From Bigelowiella natans CCMP2755 (lineage: Eukaryota > Protista > Cercozoa): a DNA stretch of 64,000 nt. This document shows positions 38,765-50,901 of this stretch, one piece after another. A program made the translations under genes and the position numbers. The notes below the pieces were generated by a model. It worked only from the letters and a program-made list of their open reading frames with translations. It was not told the origin of the DNA and searched no databases. The stretch is taken from positions 14,322 through 78,321 of the forward strand of contig ADNK01001091.1 in NCBI GenBank assembly GCA_000320545.1. Reading direction: 5' to 3'. Every line of letters starts with the position of its first letter. The first letter of the stretch is position 1.

Positions 38765-39994
38765 ATGATGCACAAGCGGTTGGCTGCTGCGACTACACGA
38801 ATTCTCTATCATCCGCCTCGACGGTTCCTTACGTTACCAAGTTGTACGAATGCTCCCGCTACTGAGCAGGAGACGGAGACAGCCGCCACCCCTTCATGGA
38901 TTGTTCCGATTCCGAGGAAGGTGAAGATTGTGGAGGTCGGGCCCCGCGATGGCTTGCAGAACGAGAAGCAGAAAGTGCCTGCCCATGCCAAGATTCAGTT
39001 TATCGATAAGCTATCTCACACGGGTCTCCAGGTCGTTGAGGCAACGAGCTTCGTAAGTCCACGCTGGGTACCGCAGATGGCTGATGCCTCTGAGGTTCTC
39101 AACGGCATTGAACGTGTCAAGGGCGTGTCGTATCCCGTCCTTTGCCCAAACATGAGAGGGTTAGAAAATGCTTTGAAGCATGACGTTGAAGAGGTCGCCG
39201 TCTTCTCTGCAGCATCGGAATCCTTCACGAAACGGAATATCAATGCCACGATCAAGGAGAGTCTTGATATGTTTGAGCCGGTTATCAAATGTGCAACCAA
39301 AGAGGGTCTACGTGTTCGCGGGTATGTATCGTGTGTTCTTGGCTGTCCATATGAGGGTACCATAAAACCAGCTGCGGTTACGGAGGTGAGTGAGGCTCTG
39401 TATGAGATGGGATGCTACGAAATCTCCCTCGGCGACACAATCGGTGTTGGTAATCCAGGATCTGCAGTAGCCATGATAAGAGCGGTCAAGGAGAAGATAC
39501 CCGTCGATGCTCTAGCGGCACATTTCCATGACACATATGGTCAAGCACTCGTGAACCTTTTAGCGGCCCTGCAGGAGGGAATCAGTATCATCGACAGTGC
39601 TGTAGGGGGGCTGGGCGGATGCCCTTACGCCAAAGGTGCCACTGGGAATGTCGCCACCGAAGATGTGTGCTACATGTTGGCGGGTTTGGGCGTCGAGACG
39701 AGCGTCGACATGCAGCGTCTGATGGATGCTAGCGCTTTCATTTCGAAGTGTCTGGGAAAACCCAGCCATTCACGTGTTGCAAACAGCATCTGGAGACGCA
39801 GTGCCGCAGTACGGGTGTCGTTTCACTATAAAGAGGTCCTGGCAACGGCTTTGGCTGACGGGGCTGTCACAGGTGCAGAGCGAGCGCTGATCGATCAGTA
39901 CCGACTGCGCCACAATATCACAAATGAAGAGCATACAATGGCCCTCCGCGCACTGGGATGGACGGTTGGACAGTACAAACGCGGTCACAAGTGA
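38765..39994 (+). CDS. HMGCL: Hydroxymethylglutaryl-CoA lyase, mitochondrial precursor, with extra C-terminal domain; intronless
   Basis: VEVGPRDGLQNE, SFVSPRWVPQMAD, EISLGDTIG, HFHDTYGQA and GLGGCPYAKGATGNVATED. Arg-rich N-terminal presequence. Confidence 0.96.
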   Translation: MMHKRLAAATTRILYHPPRRFLTLPSCTNAPATEQETETAATPSWIVPIPRKVKIVEVGPRDGLQNEKQKVPAHAKIQFIDKLSHTGLQVVEATSFVSPRWVPQMADASEVLNGIERVKGVSYPVLCPNMRGLENALKHDVEEVAVFSAASESFTKRNINATIKESLDMFEPVIKCATKEGLRVRGYVSCVLGCPYEGTIKPAAVTEVSEALYEMGCYEISLGDTIGVGNPGSAVAMIRAVKEKIPVDALAAHFHDTYGQALVNLLAALQEGISIIDSAVGGLGGCPYAKGATGNVATEDVCYMLAGLGVETSVDMQRLMDASAFISKCLGKPSHSRVANSIWRRSAAVRVSFHYKEVLATALADGAVTGAERALIDQYRLRHNITNEEHTMALRALGWTVGQYKRGHK

Positions 39995-41105
39995 CGACTA
40001 TCGCAAATCTAGAAATTTAGATGCAACGGAGCATCGTCGAGTAACTAAATGATATTAATTAAGCGAATAGGTGAACGCATAAGAATGAAAATAATGTGAA
40101 TGGAGAACGTCGCGCTAAGAATCGAAATCAACCAGAAATGTGCACTGCCGCAGACAAACATACACGCACGTGTGCAGCACGCCGGGCGCGCGCTCACTAG
40201 CTCAGGGAGTTGCTTGATGATTGAAAATCGAGTCATTTGCACATGCAAGGGGAAAATAATCATGTGAAAGTGATTCGATGGCCGTTGTCATCATCATTCT
40301 GCACAAATGTTTATGTAACAGTGCTGCAGCACACAACTTGTTCATTGGTGAAGCGTGTTCCCTCTGCTCCCCATTTCTTCCACGCTCTAGCTAGCGCTCA
40401 TCAAGTACGTGCACAGAAGTGTGCGAACAATCATGAAGAACCAACAATAACTAGATAAATGGTGTGCCCACTCAGATTGGTTGATTGATGGATGAAGGAA
40501 CAAATAAACTAATGAACGAATGAATGAAACATTGAAATGTTGGTCATAATTTGACGCTCAACACGATGCACAGATGACACGCACGTTGCACTGCTGACGT
40601 GAAGGCATGCCTCAAGCTGGAGAAACAAATTGAGATGCGAGGTCTTAAAGAACTGGCCGAAAGCAGGAGAATGAACCATTCGGCCGCAAGTGAAGATGAA
40701 GAAAAAGTGGGAAAGGCACACTCGAAGGCGATGAATGAACGAGATTCCATTGGAGCCGTTGAAAGGATCATTAAAATGAAAGAATGAATGAATGAAGCGT
40801 TCCAATGCTTGATTCGAAAGGATCATCACCGTACTAACTCATCCACGTCCTCCCTCAACAAGAGCAACCAAAGAAAATGCGAGGGTTGGTTTCACATTGG
40901 ACACGCTGACTCTCACGAAGAGAAAACCGGATGACGAGCCGGTGGGTGCACTCGCACGACCGTTTTCGGATAATTTATCACTGAGATAGGTTATGTGATG
41001 TGATGTGCAATTTTTGCATCGCGACAAGGCCCTGAGTATGTCGCAGTAGGTAAGTCGGAATAGTAGTTGTCGCCAAGAATCAAAACCCATTTCTCGGCTC
41101 GGTGC

Positions 41106-41395
41106 ATGGGTCTCCGTACCCGCCACGGAGCGGCCTGGCTGCGACGACAACTCCCACGTTGCCCCCCCCCCCCCCCAGCTCTCAGAAGAGCGACTCACAT
41201 TCGTTCGCTGAATACCGTCGCTTACGTCTCTGATGCCGACTCAATGGAGCTCCTCACGCATTTTGCGCAATCTATGCGTCGCGTTCTCACCGGTCAACAA
41301 CAACACACAAAGAAGAGTTAAGGAGAGGGAGGGAGATAAAAGAAACACGGAGAAGAGGGGATGAGAGCTGCGGGGTGGGATGATGATGACGACGG

Positions 41396-41428
<33 letters not shown>

Positions 41429-42814
41429 GGAGGAGGAGGAGGAGGAGGAGGAGGAGAGAGGAGTCCTGCACGAGTTGTTATCATCGAATATCATATGATT
41501 ATATTCCTGTCTAGAGGGAGATATCCAGTGCCGCCATGTAAATGATTAATATTAGTTCGGGGGGATGATCTCGAAGGAGCCTGTGGAGATCTGAGAGATA
41601 TGCGACTAGAGTAGGCTTCTAATAGTTGTTCCGCCATTTTTTTACCCTCCCCCCAAGCACAAATGGATAATGATTTAGAAGCAATACTTATGTGATGATC
41701 GTGCTACGATCCTTATACATATCATGAATATTTTCAAGGGTTCCCAGAGTACCGAAGATGCGGGCGTCATGGTATCCCTATATCACAACAGAATGGCGCG
41801 TTGTGAGCTGCATACGACGAGAAGAAAACACGATGATTTTTGTCCTTGCATACCACCAATATCCCCGTCACTCACAGGAAATAGCTTATCTGCGCGTTTT
41901 AGATGCAATGAAGCGATTTGCCGTGATTATTCAGGGCCACGCCTTTTCTTGCTCTTGCAATACAAATGGAAATTCTTCAGGCTATTGAGCGGTAAGTCCA
42001 AGTATAACATCCAGATAATAATCGCACGTTCTTTGGGACAGAAACAGTGTAAGTGAGCGAAAATGAGCAAATAGACGATAAATGAAACATCCATTCAAGG
42101 AGACTCATGATTGTTCCTTACCCCTGATGAGAGATATGAAGAAATATTTGTTGTGTGAAGGCGAAATAAATCTTCGTGTTGATTTTCTTCGGTGATTGGG
42201 TATGTGCTGCACAGGGGAGATGTCAATCGAGCCGCTAGATACGGTACAAAGCAACGTTTCTAAGGGAGGATACTATCGAAATCGCCACGTTTGTTAGTCT
42301 ACAATAAGCAGCAACTGTGAAGCTATTGCTCCTGCCTGACATTCAAAACTATTTTACAGGACGAATTCTAACGCGCAAGAGTGCAGAGGCAGGTACCCAG
42401 ACACGACAAGCATTGTTCTACCATCTTCCTCACCTAATCCAAATAATATTCAAAATGACATCTGCCATCATCACCAACTTCAGGACTGGTAGATTACCCG
42501 ACCGCGATGGACATTGAGCAGCTGGCGCAAAGAGTTATACCCCAAGCTGCATGGGAGGGAGCAATTAACAACAGCACGAACCATGATCATCAAGGCCATG
42601 GCCAACAGCAGCAGCGTGCTTCTCCTCCTTCTCCCTCTCCTCCTCCTCCTCTGTGCCTTTATGATGATGATGTAATGTTGGGTCGTGTGCAGCGTAATAT
42701 CAAACTAGCTGCAGCGCAATTGAGCGAAAACGGATATGCTGTAGTAGACGCATTGCTTGGACCTCCTTGGGTACATGGAATTCACTGACGTCCACACACA
42801 CGCACACACACTCG

Positions 42815-42885
<71 letters not shown>

Positions 42886-43065
42886 TATAAATATGTACTG
42901 TATATGTGTGTATCCTGTGTTGGTACAAATTATGTTAGGCTGCTGTTTTACCCAAAGCTTTCGAGCAAATGGCACATGACATGGAGAACCACTTCACTTC
43001 GTAATATACCTCTTTGGTGTTGTTGCTGTTGCATTCATTCATCAAGTAAACACTACGGTGGAACG

Positions 43066-43097
<32 letters not shown>

Positions 43098-43779
43098 TAT
43101 ATATATAATATGTGTGTGTGTGAGAGAGAGAGAGAGAAAGAGAGAGCATACAATAAACTTTCTACAACTCGGTCTAAGTACTTTCACACCTCTTGCCACT
43201 CTCCCCCCCTTCCTCCTCCCCTCTACTCGCCACCACCAATGCTCTACCTACAACCTCCAGTGGGGAGTTGGAGTTAACTGGACAAAGTCACAAGAAGACC
43301 CGTGGTGACAAGTAAGGATTCTTCCACGTTATATGCTCTTAAGTACATATATCGTATGTCCCGAAGAGAGAGAGTGTCAGAGATTCTCTCTACCCCCCTC
43401 CTCGAAATCTCTAGTTTACACGATGATGATTATACCTTTCACCCTCTATTTGTCCTTCCTCCCTCTCCTTGTTTTATGGCAATGATTGCTATCAGAATCC
43501 TATGGCTAGATGGCCTCGATGCAAAACACCCTCTCCCATCACAGCTCACACAGCTGCTGCAGAAGACAGTTGGCGCTGTGTTGTCCTCGGAACTAAATCA
43601 GCGTGGAGAGCAGGTGTGTGCAGTGTGCAGCATGGTGATATTGCCTCCTATCTCGTAGTAGCGATGGTAGTGGGGGTTGGAGTAGCAGTAGAAGTAGTTG
43701 TTGTAATTGTTGTTGTTGTTGTTGTTGTTGTTGTTTCATGTTGGGAGAACGCGGGCATCATGGTCGCATTCCACATTAG

Positions 43780-43846
<67 letters not shown>

Positions 43847-44039
43847 CGTGCACCTATGTTATCACTATTCATCGCATCAGTAAAGATAGCACTGACTGAG
43901 CGTGTTTGCTTAGCCACCACTTGCCGACACCTCCGGTTATGATTTCTCAAAAACAAGCGGAGGGGGGAGGGGGAGGAGGATAAGTAGAGGATATTGCACC
44001 ATCCATCGTCGAGATCTACCTGCAAAACCGCATCTTCAT

Positions 44040-44102
<63 letters not shown>

Positions 44103-44171
44103 GAAGACAGGGGGAGGGGAACTTAATCTAATAACATGTATTTGTGGATGGGGGCTGATGTAGTTACGTCT

Positions 44172-44209
<38 letters not shown>

Positions 44210-44376
44210 GTTTTCCTTTTGTTCGTCAAATTTCCCTATTTTGATTCCATTCCTCTCACTATTTCTCTTTCTCTTTCTATCATGCCACGAATACGTCTTT
44301 TTTCTTCTATTAGGCGTAATTGCGGACTCAATGTTTGCGATGTATTCTCCTACTATCTATTCACACACACACACAT

Positions 44377-44436
<60 letters not shown>

Positions 44437-44470
44437 TTATATGTTTATATATTATCGCATTGTGTATATA

Positions 44471-44509
<39 letters not shown>

Positions 44510-44982
44510 CTCTTTCTCCTTTTCCATTCACTCCTCATCATCACCAAATGAAATTACACATGCGCTACTTGTTCAAAAAGAGAGAGAGAGCCGTCTTGCC
44601 TCCCCTCGATGATCGAAGCCTCTGCTCGCGACAGGTATTCCCCGTGCGAGGGGGGATTCGTTCGCCATTTAGACAACGCGGGGCAGGATGATTTGCGCCG
44701 TGTTTCCGCCGTCTACTACCTGTCAGATTGCTCGCATGGGCAGGTAGGAAAGGGGGGGGGGAGATTGGAGAGAAAGAAGACGGGGGATAAGGAGAAGGAA
44801 GAGGAGGAGGTGGAGGAGGAGGTGGAGGAGGGTGAAGGGGGGGGGGACTACTGACCACAGTTGCCTCCAAGTGCCTAAGAGGAGGAAATAGACGGAATAA
44901 TACCAACAAATTAAAGAAACTTTGAATTAGCCCCGCACCTATCCCTCAGCATATATACATATATAAATATATACATATATCA

Positions 44983-45018
<36 letters not shown>

Positions 45019-45453
45019 GTGTGTGCGTGTGGGGGGGGGGTGCACCAGGGCGGCGAGCTGGTGCTTTACCCAGAGTCATCAGAGTGGGATGAAGAAGATA
45101 CAAACGACGAAGAAGGAGCAGCTGGCGTATACTGCGGAAAGACAAAGAATGGCATATCGGTGGTACCGAGAATCGATCGCCTTGTTCTTTTCTGGAGCAA
45201 TAAGGTGCTATGTGCTTGCGTGTGTATACGTGATAGACCATTTAGTCGTAATGTATACTTATATGACATACACACGCGCACACACACGCACGCACGTAGT
45301 TAGGTTATCCTTGTGCTCCCTTGATGTCAGGTGCCGCACGAGGTCATTGCGCTGACTGAAGATGCGCCTGAGAGCAGAATGGCTCTTAGCTACTGGTGTT
45401 AATACTATCAATAATAACGACAGTTCTACGATTGATGATGTTCCATATTATAA

Positions 45454-45487
<34 letters not shown>

Positions 45488-45647
45488 GTACCCCCGCGCA
45501 CTCCTTTAAACATTCAGGTACCGTAGTCGGCTAAGTAGTAGTATGATGGACGAGGCGCTGTCACCGCTCAGGTCTAATATTTCAATGGTTATGACCGCAC
45601 TATAGCATCATCAGCGTCGCTATTGCCATCTCTCTTTCTCACACACA

Positions 45648-45688
<41 letters not shown>

Positions 45689-45779
45689 TCCCCCCCTTTC
45701 TCCCCCCCTCAAAATAATCACCAACCTCTTCTGATACGGTTTCATCGCCAGGGACTACGTGGAGGGGCACATCGAGTAG
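41106..45779 (+). CDS. 2OG-Fe(II) prolyl 4-hydroxylase, EGLN/PHD-like; 5' end uncertain
   Basis: Exons encode LSENGYAVVDALLG, TRGDK|ILWL, MFAM|YSPCEGGFVRHLDN (HxD), RRVSAVYYL, GGELVLY, VVPRIDRLVLFWS and VPHEV...RMALSYW (distal His, 2OG-binding Arg). Confidence 0.85.
42793..45483. repeat. Dense compound microsatellites (CA, TA, GA, GTT) inside introns; representative of many similar tracts in the window
   Basis: For example (CA)n(TA)n at 42819-42881, (CA)n(GA)n at 43781-43843 and (CA)n(TA)n at 44362-44435. Confidence 0.95.
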
Positions 45780-46054
45780 CATTTTGTGTTTGGGATCCAT
45801 ATTGAGTCACACATGTCGATGCTAACAGAGTTACTGCGGTTATGCTTCACACACGCTGCGAAAATGCAAAACGACGAGTAGCAGGTGGCATCCGCCCTCA
45901 GCTTGTGAAAACAATAGCTCTCATAATTTGCGCGAGTGCTATTCGCGGGTGCTACTGCTGGGCAGCTCTATAGCGTTGCAGCACAAACCACTGATTCACT
46001 GCGCGCTAGAGGCTTCACCACTAAACTCAATGAATGCACATGCCGACGGAAAGA

Positions 46055-46088
<34 letters not shown>

Positions 46089-46481
46089 GGCGCGTGCGTG
46101 TAGACACGCATTGGTAAGCAAGTTCTTTTATGCCTTCGTGCTAGCACAAGATGTAAAAGGCTGCGTATACACATGCGCGCCATGCTATCTAGCGAGTGCA
46201 TGTACATTCAGCAAAGCGGTGTCACAAGTGTAGCGCTGCACTTTGTAATAATGTGTTTTAGGATTCCGGCTTGTATGTATTCGATGAAACTACATATATT
46301 TAGTCATGATTCAAGCACCCTTGCTGTTCCTCTATGTACTACACGTTTATACAGACTGATATAAATTTAGTAATGACAGTGAATTCTACTTGACGTACAG
46401 AAATACACACTAGACTAATACATAGACTTATTTGTAGACGTATCAAAACTTTGATACCAACGTTTTTGCATTGAAGATTTT

Positions 46482-48419
46482 CTAATCAAGTTCCTCGGTA
46501 TCATCATTGCCAGCAGAGTGATTGGGCGGGGCTCCTCCAGCCGTAGCACCAGCATCGCCACCACCGTACAACTTCGACATGATTGGATTAATTATTGCCT
46601 CCAGCTCCTTCTGCTTGTCCTGGAACTCATCAACCTCTGCATTTTGATTCTTCTCAATCCACTCAATAGTCTCGTCAACAGATTTCTGTGCACGTTCCTT
46701 GTCAGCAGTGGCAATCTTTCCCTCGAGTTTCTTGTCATTCAGCGTATTGCGCACATTGTAGCTGTAGCTCTCCAGCTTGTTTTTTGCCTCCACACGGGCA
46801 GCAGCAGCGTCGTCATGGGCCTTCATCTCCTGAGCTTTCTTGACCATGTTGTCTATCTCCTCAGGGCTCAAGCGTCCACTATCGTTTGTAATCGTGATGC
46901 TCTGCGATTTTTGCGTCTTCTTGTCTCGTGCGGTAACGTTTAAGATGCCGTTGGTATCTACATTAAACGTGACCTCGATTTGAGGGACACCTCTGGGAGC
47001 TGGTGGAATGCCTTCGAGGTTGAATTGGCCAAGGAGGTGATTATCCTTCGTCATCCTTCGCTCTCCTTCATACACTTGGATTGTCACTGCAGGTTGGTTG
47101 TCTTGGAACGTGGAGAAGACCTGTGATTTCTTGGCTGGTACTGTCGTGTTACGCGGGACCAGTGGGGTCATTATTCCTCCTGCTGTTTCAATTCCAAGAG
47201 AAAGAGGAGCAACATCGATGAGTACGATGTTGGAAGCATCTCCTTTTGTCTGGCCACTCAACACTGCTGCTTGCACAGCGGCACCGTATGCAACCGCCTC
47301 GTCTGGATTGATGTTTTTGCAGAGCTGCTTTCCATTGAAGTAATCGCTTAAGAGATTCTGAATCTTTGGAATACGTGTTGACCCACCAACCAAGACCACC
47401 TCGTCAATGCTGCTCTTGCTCATCTTGGAATCCTTGAGAACTTTGTCTACAGGCTTCAATGTTCCTCTGAAGTAGTCGTCACAGATGTCCTCGAATCTTG
47501 CTCGGGTGATCGACGCAGAGAAGTCAACTCCTTCGTGGAGTGAGTCGATTTCAATCTGGGCTCGGGTGCTGCTAGAAAGTGTCCGTTTTGCTCTCTCGCA
47601 AGCCGTACGGAGACGTCGAATTGCCTTGTCGTTTCCTTGGAGATCTAGACCTCTGTTTTTCCGCTTGAATTCCTTGGCGAAGTGCTCCATAAGAGCCTGA
47701 TCGAAGTCCTCACCGCCAAGATGCGTATCCCCAGCCGTCGCTTTCACCTCGAAGACCCCTTCGTCGATGGTCAAGAGGGACACATCAAAAGTTCCACCTC
47801 CAAGATCGAAGATTAGAACATTGCGCTCCCGTTTGTCGCCCTTCTGCATCTTGTTGAGACCATATGCGATTGCAGCGGCCGTAGGTTCGTTAATAATGCG
47901 CTTTACGTTTAGGCCCGCAATCGCTCCGGCATCCTTAGTTGCCTGTCTCTGGGAGTCGTTGAAATACGCTGGCACTGTGATGACGGCGTCGGTGACCTTA
48001 TGGCCAAGGTAGGATTCAGCTGTTTCCTTCATCTTGGTTAACACCATGCTGGAGATTTCTTCTGGCGCGAAAAGCTTGTCCTCTCCCATGTGACTAGCTT
48101 TTATCATCGGCTTTCCCCCCTGCCCTTTAGTCACCTGGAAAGGCCACATCCTTTTGTCATGCTCCACCGACTTCTCGTCAAATCGCCGCCCGATCAGCCG
48201 CTTAGCACCGAAGATGGTATTCTTCGGATTTCTGGAAGCTTGATTCTTTGCGGCCTCACCCACAAGTCTTTCTTGATCTGTAAACGCGACGTAGGATGGT
48301 GTGGTCCGGTTGCCCTGATCGTTTGCGAGGATCTCGACGGTGTTGTTTCGCCAGACACCTACGCAGCTGTAGGTCGTCCCAAGGTCAATTCCAACTGCTG
48401 GAGCTTTAGTTCCGGCCAT
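46482..48419 (-). CDS. HSP70: Cytosolic heat shock protein 70, intronless
   Basis: [34 protein letters not shown] and [12 protein letters not shown]. No signal peptide. C-terminal EELD, a variant of EEVD. Confidence 0.98.
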   Translation of the reverse strand: MAGTKAPAVGIDLGTTYSCVGVWRNNTVEILANDQGNRTTPSYVAFTDQERLVGEAAKNQASRNPKNTIFGAKRLIGRRFDEKSVEHDKRMWPFQVTKGQGGKPMIKASHMGEDKLFAPEEISSMVLTKMKETAESYLGHKVTDAVITVPAYFNDSQRQATKDAGAIAGLNVKRIINEPTAAAIAYGLNKMQKGDKRERNVLIFDLGGGTFDVSLLTIDEGVFEVKATAGDTHLGGEDFDQALMEHFAKEFKRKNRGLDLQGNDKAIRRLRTACERAKRTLSSSTRAQIEIDSLHEGVDFSASITRARFEDICDDYFRGTLKPVDKVLKDSKMSKSSIDEVVLVGGSTRIPKIQNLLSDYFNGKQLCKNINPDEAVAYGAAVQAAVLSGQTKGDASNIVLIDVAPLSLGIETAGGIMTPLVPRNTTVPAKKSQVFSTFQDNQPAVTIQVYEGERRMTKDNHLLGQFNLEGIPPAPRGVPQIEVTFNVDTNGILNVTARDKKTQKSQSITITNDSGRLSPEEIDNMVKKAQEMKAHDDAAAARVEAKNKLESYSYNVRNTLNDKKLEGKIATADKERAQKSVDETIEWIEKNQNAEVDEFQDKQKELEAIINPIMSKLYGGGDAGATAGGAPPNHSAGNDDTEELD

Positions 48420-48640
48420 GTTGATTGTGTTGTTTGTTACTAACTTTTAATGTAGCTGGTTGTAGCAGATTTGTTGTGCGATTGGCACTTATTCGTTTGA
48501 GTTGTGTGTGCACGAGTCTGGGGTGGCATGAGCATATTTCATTTCCTGCATTTATCCCCGAGGTAGAGTCTCTTGGACATCAATGTAGAGTTAACGACAT
48601 AATCATTCTGTTGTCGCATCTGAAAATGCTAAGGCCTTTC

Positions 48641-48775
48641 TCTTCTTCGAAAGACTTCCGAGAAGTTTCCCAAATTCCAGACATCTTCGAGACTACTTCC
48701 ACATGCATTCGCGACCAAAATCGGGATATCATCGATACCATCTCACACGTGCGACAACGAAATTCTGGAAATGTT
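48641..48775. promoter_or_regulatory. Heat-shock-element-like cluster upstream of HSP70
   Basis: Alternating nGAAn/nTTCn units (agaagtttcc at 48661-48670; attctggaaa near 48762) plus near-matches (ttccagac, ttcgagac), 220-350 bp upstream of the HSP70 ATG. Confidence 0.5.
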
Positions 48776-49105
48776 TGCAAATTGCCAGTAGGTTGTAGTC
48801 GTTCAGAACCCAAGTTCGAGGGTGCTTCGGGAGGGTTCCCGAATGTGGGATTGTCGCAAGTTGCATTCGTCCTCTATTTATTGTCATTCTTTGTACCAAA
48901 GACTTCTATACCGAGTACCACTTTAAAGCAGTGCAATTTCTCAATATTTTGAGAAATAGAGCTGTCGTTGGGATGGAATCGTGCCAAGCCACAAAAATGG
49001 CGGCCTGATCGTTTCAAGTTCCGATTGGTTACCCCTGGTTGCGAGGCTTAGTATTCGAGCAGGAAGGTCTCGCGCGAATATTCGGCGCGAAATATTTTTC
49101 AAAAT

Positions 49106-50026
49106 ATGGAAGTTTACAAACACCCTTCGTATACGAGGTACCATGCGAGCAGGTGCTCTGTTGCAGCCTTTTGGAGTCTTATTTGCTACCTGGCGGTACT
49201 TGCTGCGCCATTCTTCCTTGCCTACGCCAGCTACGGATTCTGGAAGAAGGAGGGCACATACTATGAGCAACCCATCATAGAATACCAGCATAAAATAGCG
49301 ATGATCGTAGAGTGTTCGTCCGGGGCTTTGGTGTTCAGCTCTATTCCTGAGTTCAACTTGATGGCAGGATTCTCAAACGTAAGGATCCCCCAAGTGCAGT
49401 CGTTTTTGGACGATCCTAACCTCGATGGCAGGCCTGACTACTTCAACCTCACCATCACCGTTCCCTTGCAGGGAACAGAAGAAGTATATGGAGTGTCGGT
49501 TCTCGCGTTCTTCGATGTAGAGTTGAAAGATCGAGTCAAGCTTGAGATGTCCGGCTTAAGCTATGTTTCACAAACTTCGTCTCTTCCCGGCTCGCGTTTT
49601 TCGATGTTCGGAGACCTCAAATTTACGCAACTTTATCCGTTATCGTTGAGAGGGAGTAGGACAGATTACAATGCTGATCTGCTCTCCGCATCCTCCATTC
49701 TCTCTGTAGAAGACACGCACTTCACTAATATTCTGGCTAAGAGTGCCTCAAGGAATGAGACTATTAGAATAGAAAATGAATTAAGCTACTGGAGACCAGG
49801 AAGAGAGAATCAATTTACTTTCGACATGAGATTACGTATACCCAAGTCGGAGATAAGATATATCCCAGGGCCCAGCGAAGTCCTTAAGTTTTCTTGGATG
49901 CAATATCTGGCTGTGGGCGTCATTGTGTATTTCGTGGTCGATTGGATACTTTACTTCACTCACTCCCATGCTTTAGTGACTTCATTCCGGACTGTGGATC
50001 ATAAAGCAAAAGAACATACCTTCTAA
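49106..50026 (+). CDS. TMEM231: Ciliary transition-zone transmembrane protein 231, intronless
   Basis: N-terminal TM followed by SYGFWKKEGTYYEQP, DPNLDGRPD, GDLKFTQ, RNET, YIPGPSEVLKFSWMQYL and a second TM, all characteristic of TMEM231. Confidence 0.92.
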   Translation: MEVYKHPSYTRYHASRCSVAAFWSLICYLAVLAAPFFLAYASYGFWKKEGTYYEQPIIEYQHKIAMIVECSSGALVFSSIPEFNLMAGFSNVRIPQVQSFLDDPNLDGRPDYFNLTITVPLQGTEEVYGVSVLAFFDVELKDRVKLEMSGLSYVSQTSSLPGSRFSMFGDLKFTQLYPLSLRGSRTDYNADLLSASSILSVEDTHFTNILAKSASRNETIRIENELSYWRPGRENQFTFDMRLRIPKSEIRYIPGPSEVLKFSWMQYLAVGVIVYFVVDWILYFTHSHALVTSFRTVDHKAKEHTF

Positions 50027-50571
50027 AGGCTGCGCATCCACATTCGACGATACGATCAAGTCAACGAGTTTTAGAAGTATGTGACGGATGTTAAATGTGT
50101 CAACTACGGCGATCGAAGCCGGGACCGTTTTAGAAGTATACTTACATAATAATCTATATTGCACGGGCACATGTGTACTGTCAGCATATGCGCAGTTACA
50201 TATATGTCCATGTATTGCATTGCACCTGCATGGGCCGCAGCCTGTTACCCACCATCGAGACTAAAGGAGCACATTGTTACGCGCGCGTGAAATGCAAAAT
50301 CATTCGCATCCATGTGGCCGTGCCCAATTATATATAAGCATAGCCATGATCGATGATATTGTTTCATGCTACGTATATACGACAAATCATACGCCACCAC
50401 GTACATGAGCGATGCATGTGTACGTGTGCAATGATCAATTGAATTATATAGATCTGCATGACATGGAAAGATGATGATGATGATGATGATCAAGAACATT
50501 TTATGCGTGTAGTGTGCGCACGCGTTCCTCTCTTCCTCTATACCTCCTCAAACATAACCCTTCGCTTTGCC

Positions 50572-50618
<47 letters not shown>

Positions 50619-50696
50619 TATATAAAAGCAATAATATGCTCATCATTTTAATACGAATCGAATACTCGCCGCTCGAACATTCATCTTCAATTGTGG

Positions 50697-50777
50697 TGCA
50701 TAATTATAATATTCGGACTAACCCCTCCCCATCAAGGATGATAGACTTTCCGGGTGCTAGGCTTCATTTGAATTGCA
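50697..50777 (-). promoter_or_regulatory. SECIS element (type II) in the 3' UTR of the selenoprotein gene
   Basis: Minus strand reads AUGAA GCCUAGCACCC GG AAA G UCUAUCA UCCU UGAUGGG GA GGGGUUAGUC CGAA. This gives an AUGA/GA quartet, helix II, unpaired AAA and an apical mini-stem. Helix I is UGCAAUU/AAUUAUGCA. Confidence 0.75.
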
Positions 50778-50901
50778 GATGACTGGTTTCGTAGAGCATT
50801 TCAATACGGCAGAGAGTATCGTACAGGATATTGATGATTCATGAAGAACACATCCTATATTTAACTTTTCCGCCTTTAATCTTTTGACGAAGATCTCTGC
50901 A

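Noticed and set aside
40040-41060. Short ORFs and splice-like signals between HMGCL and the PHD-like gene
   Set aside because: Signals conflict on the two strands. They could be upstream PHD exons or a small minus-strand gene; unresolved.
46518-48443. Plus-strand ORFs antisense to HSP70
   Set aside because: Well-known antisense shadow frames of a codon-biased HSP70.
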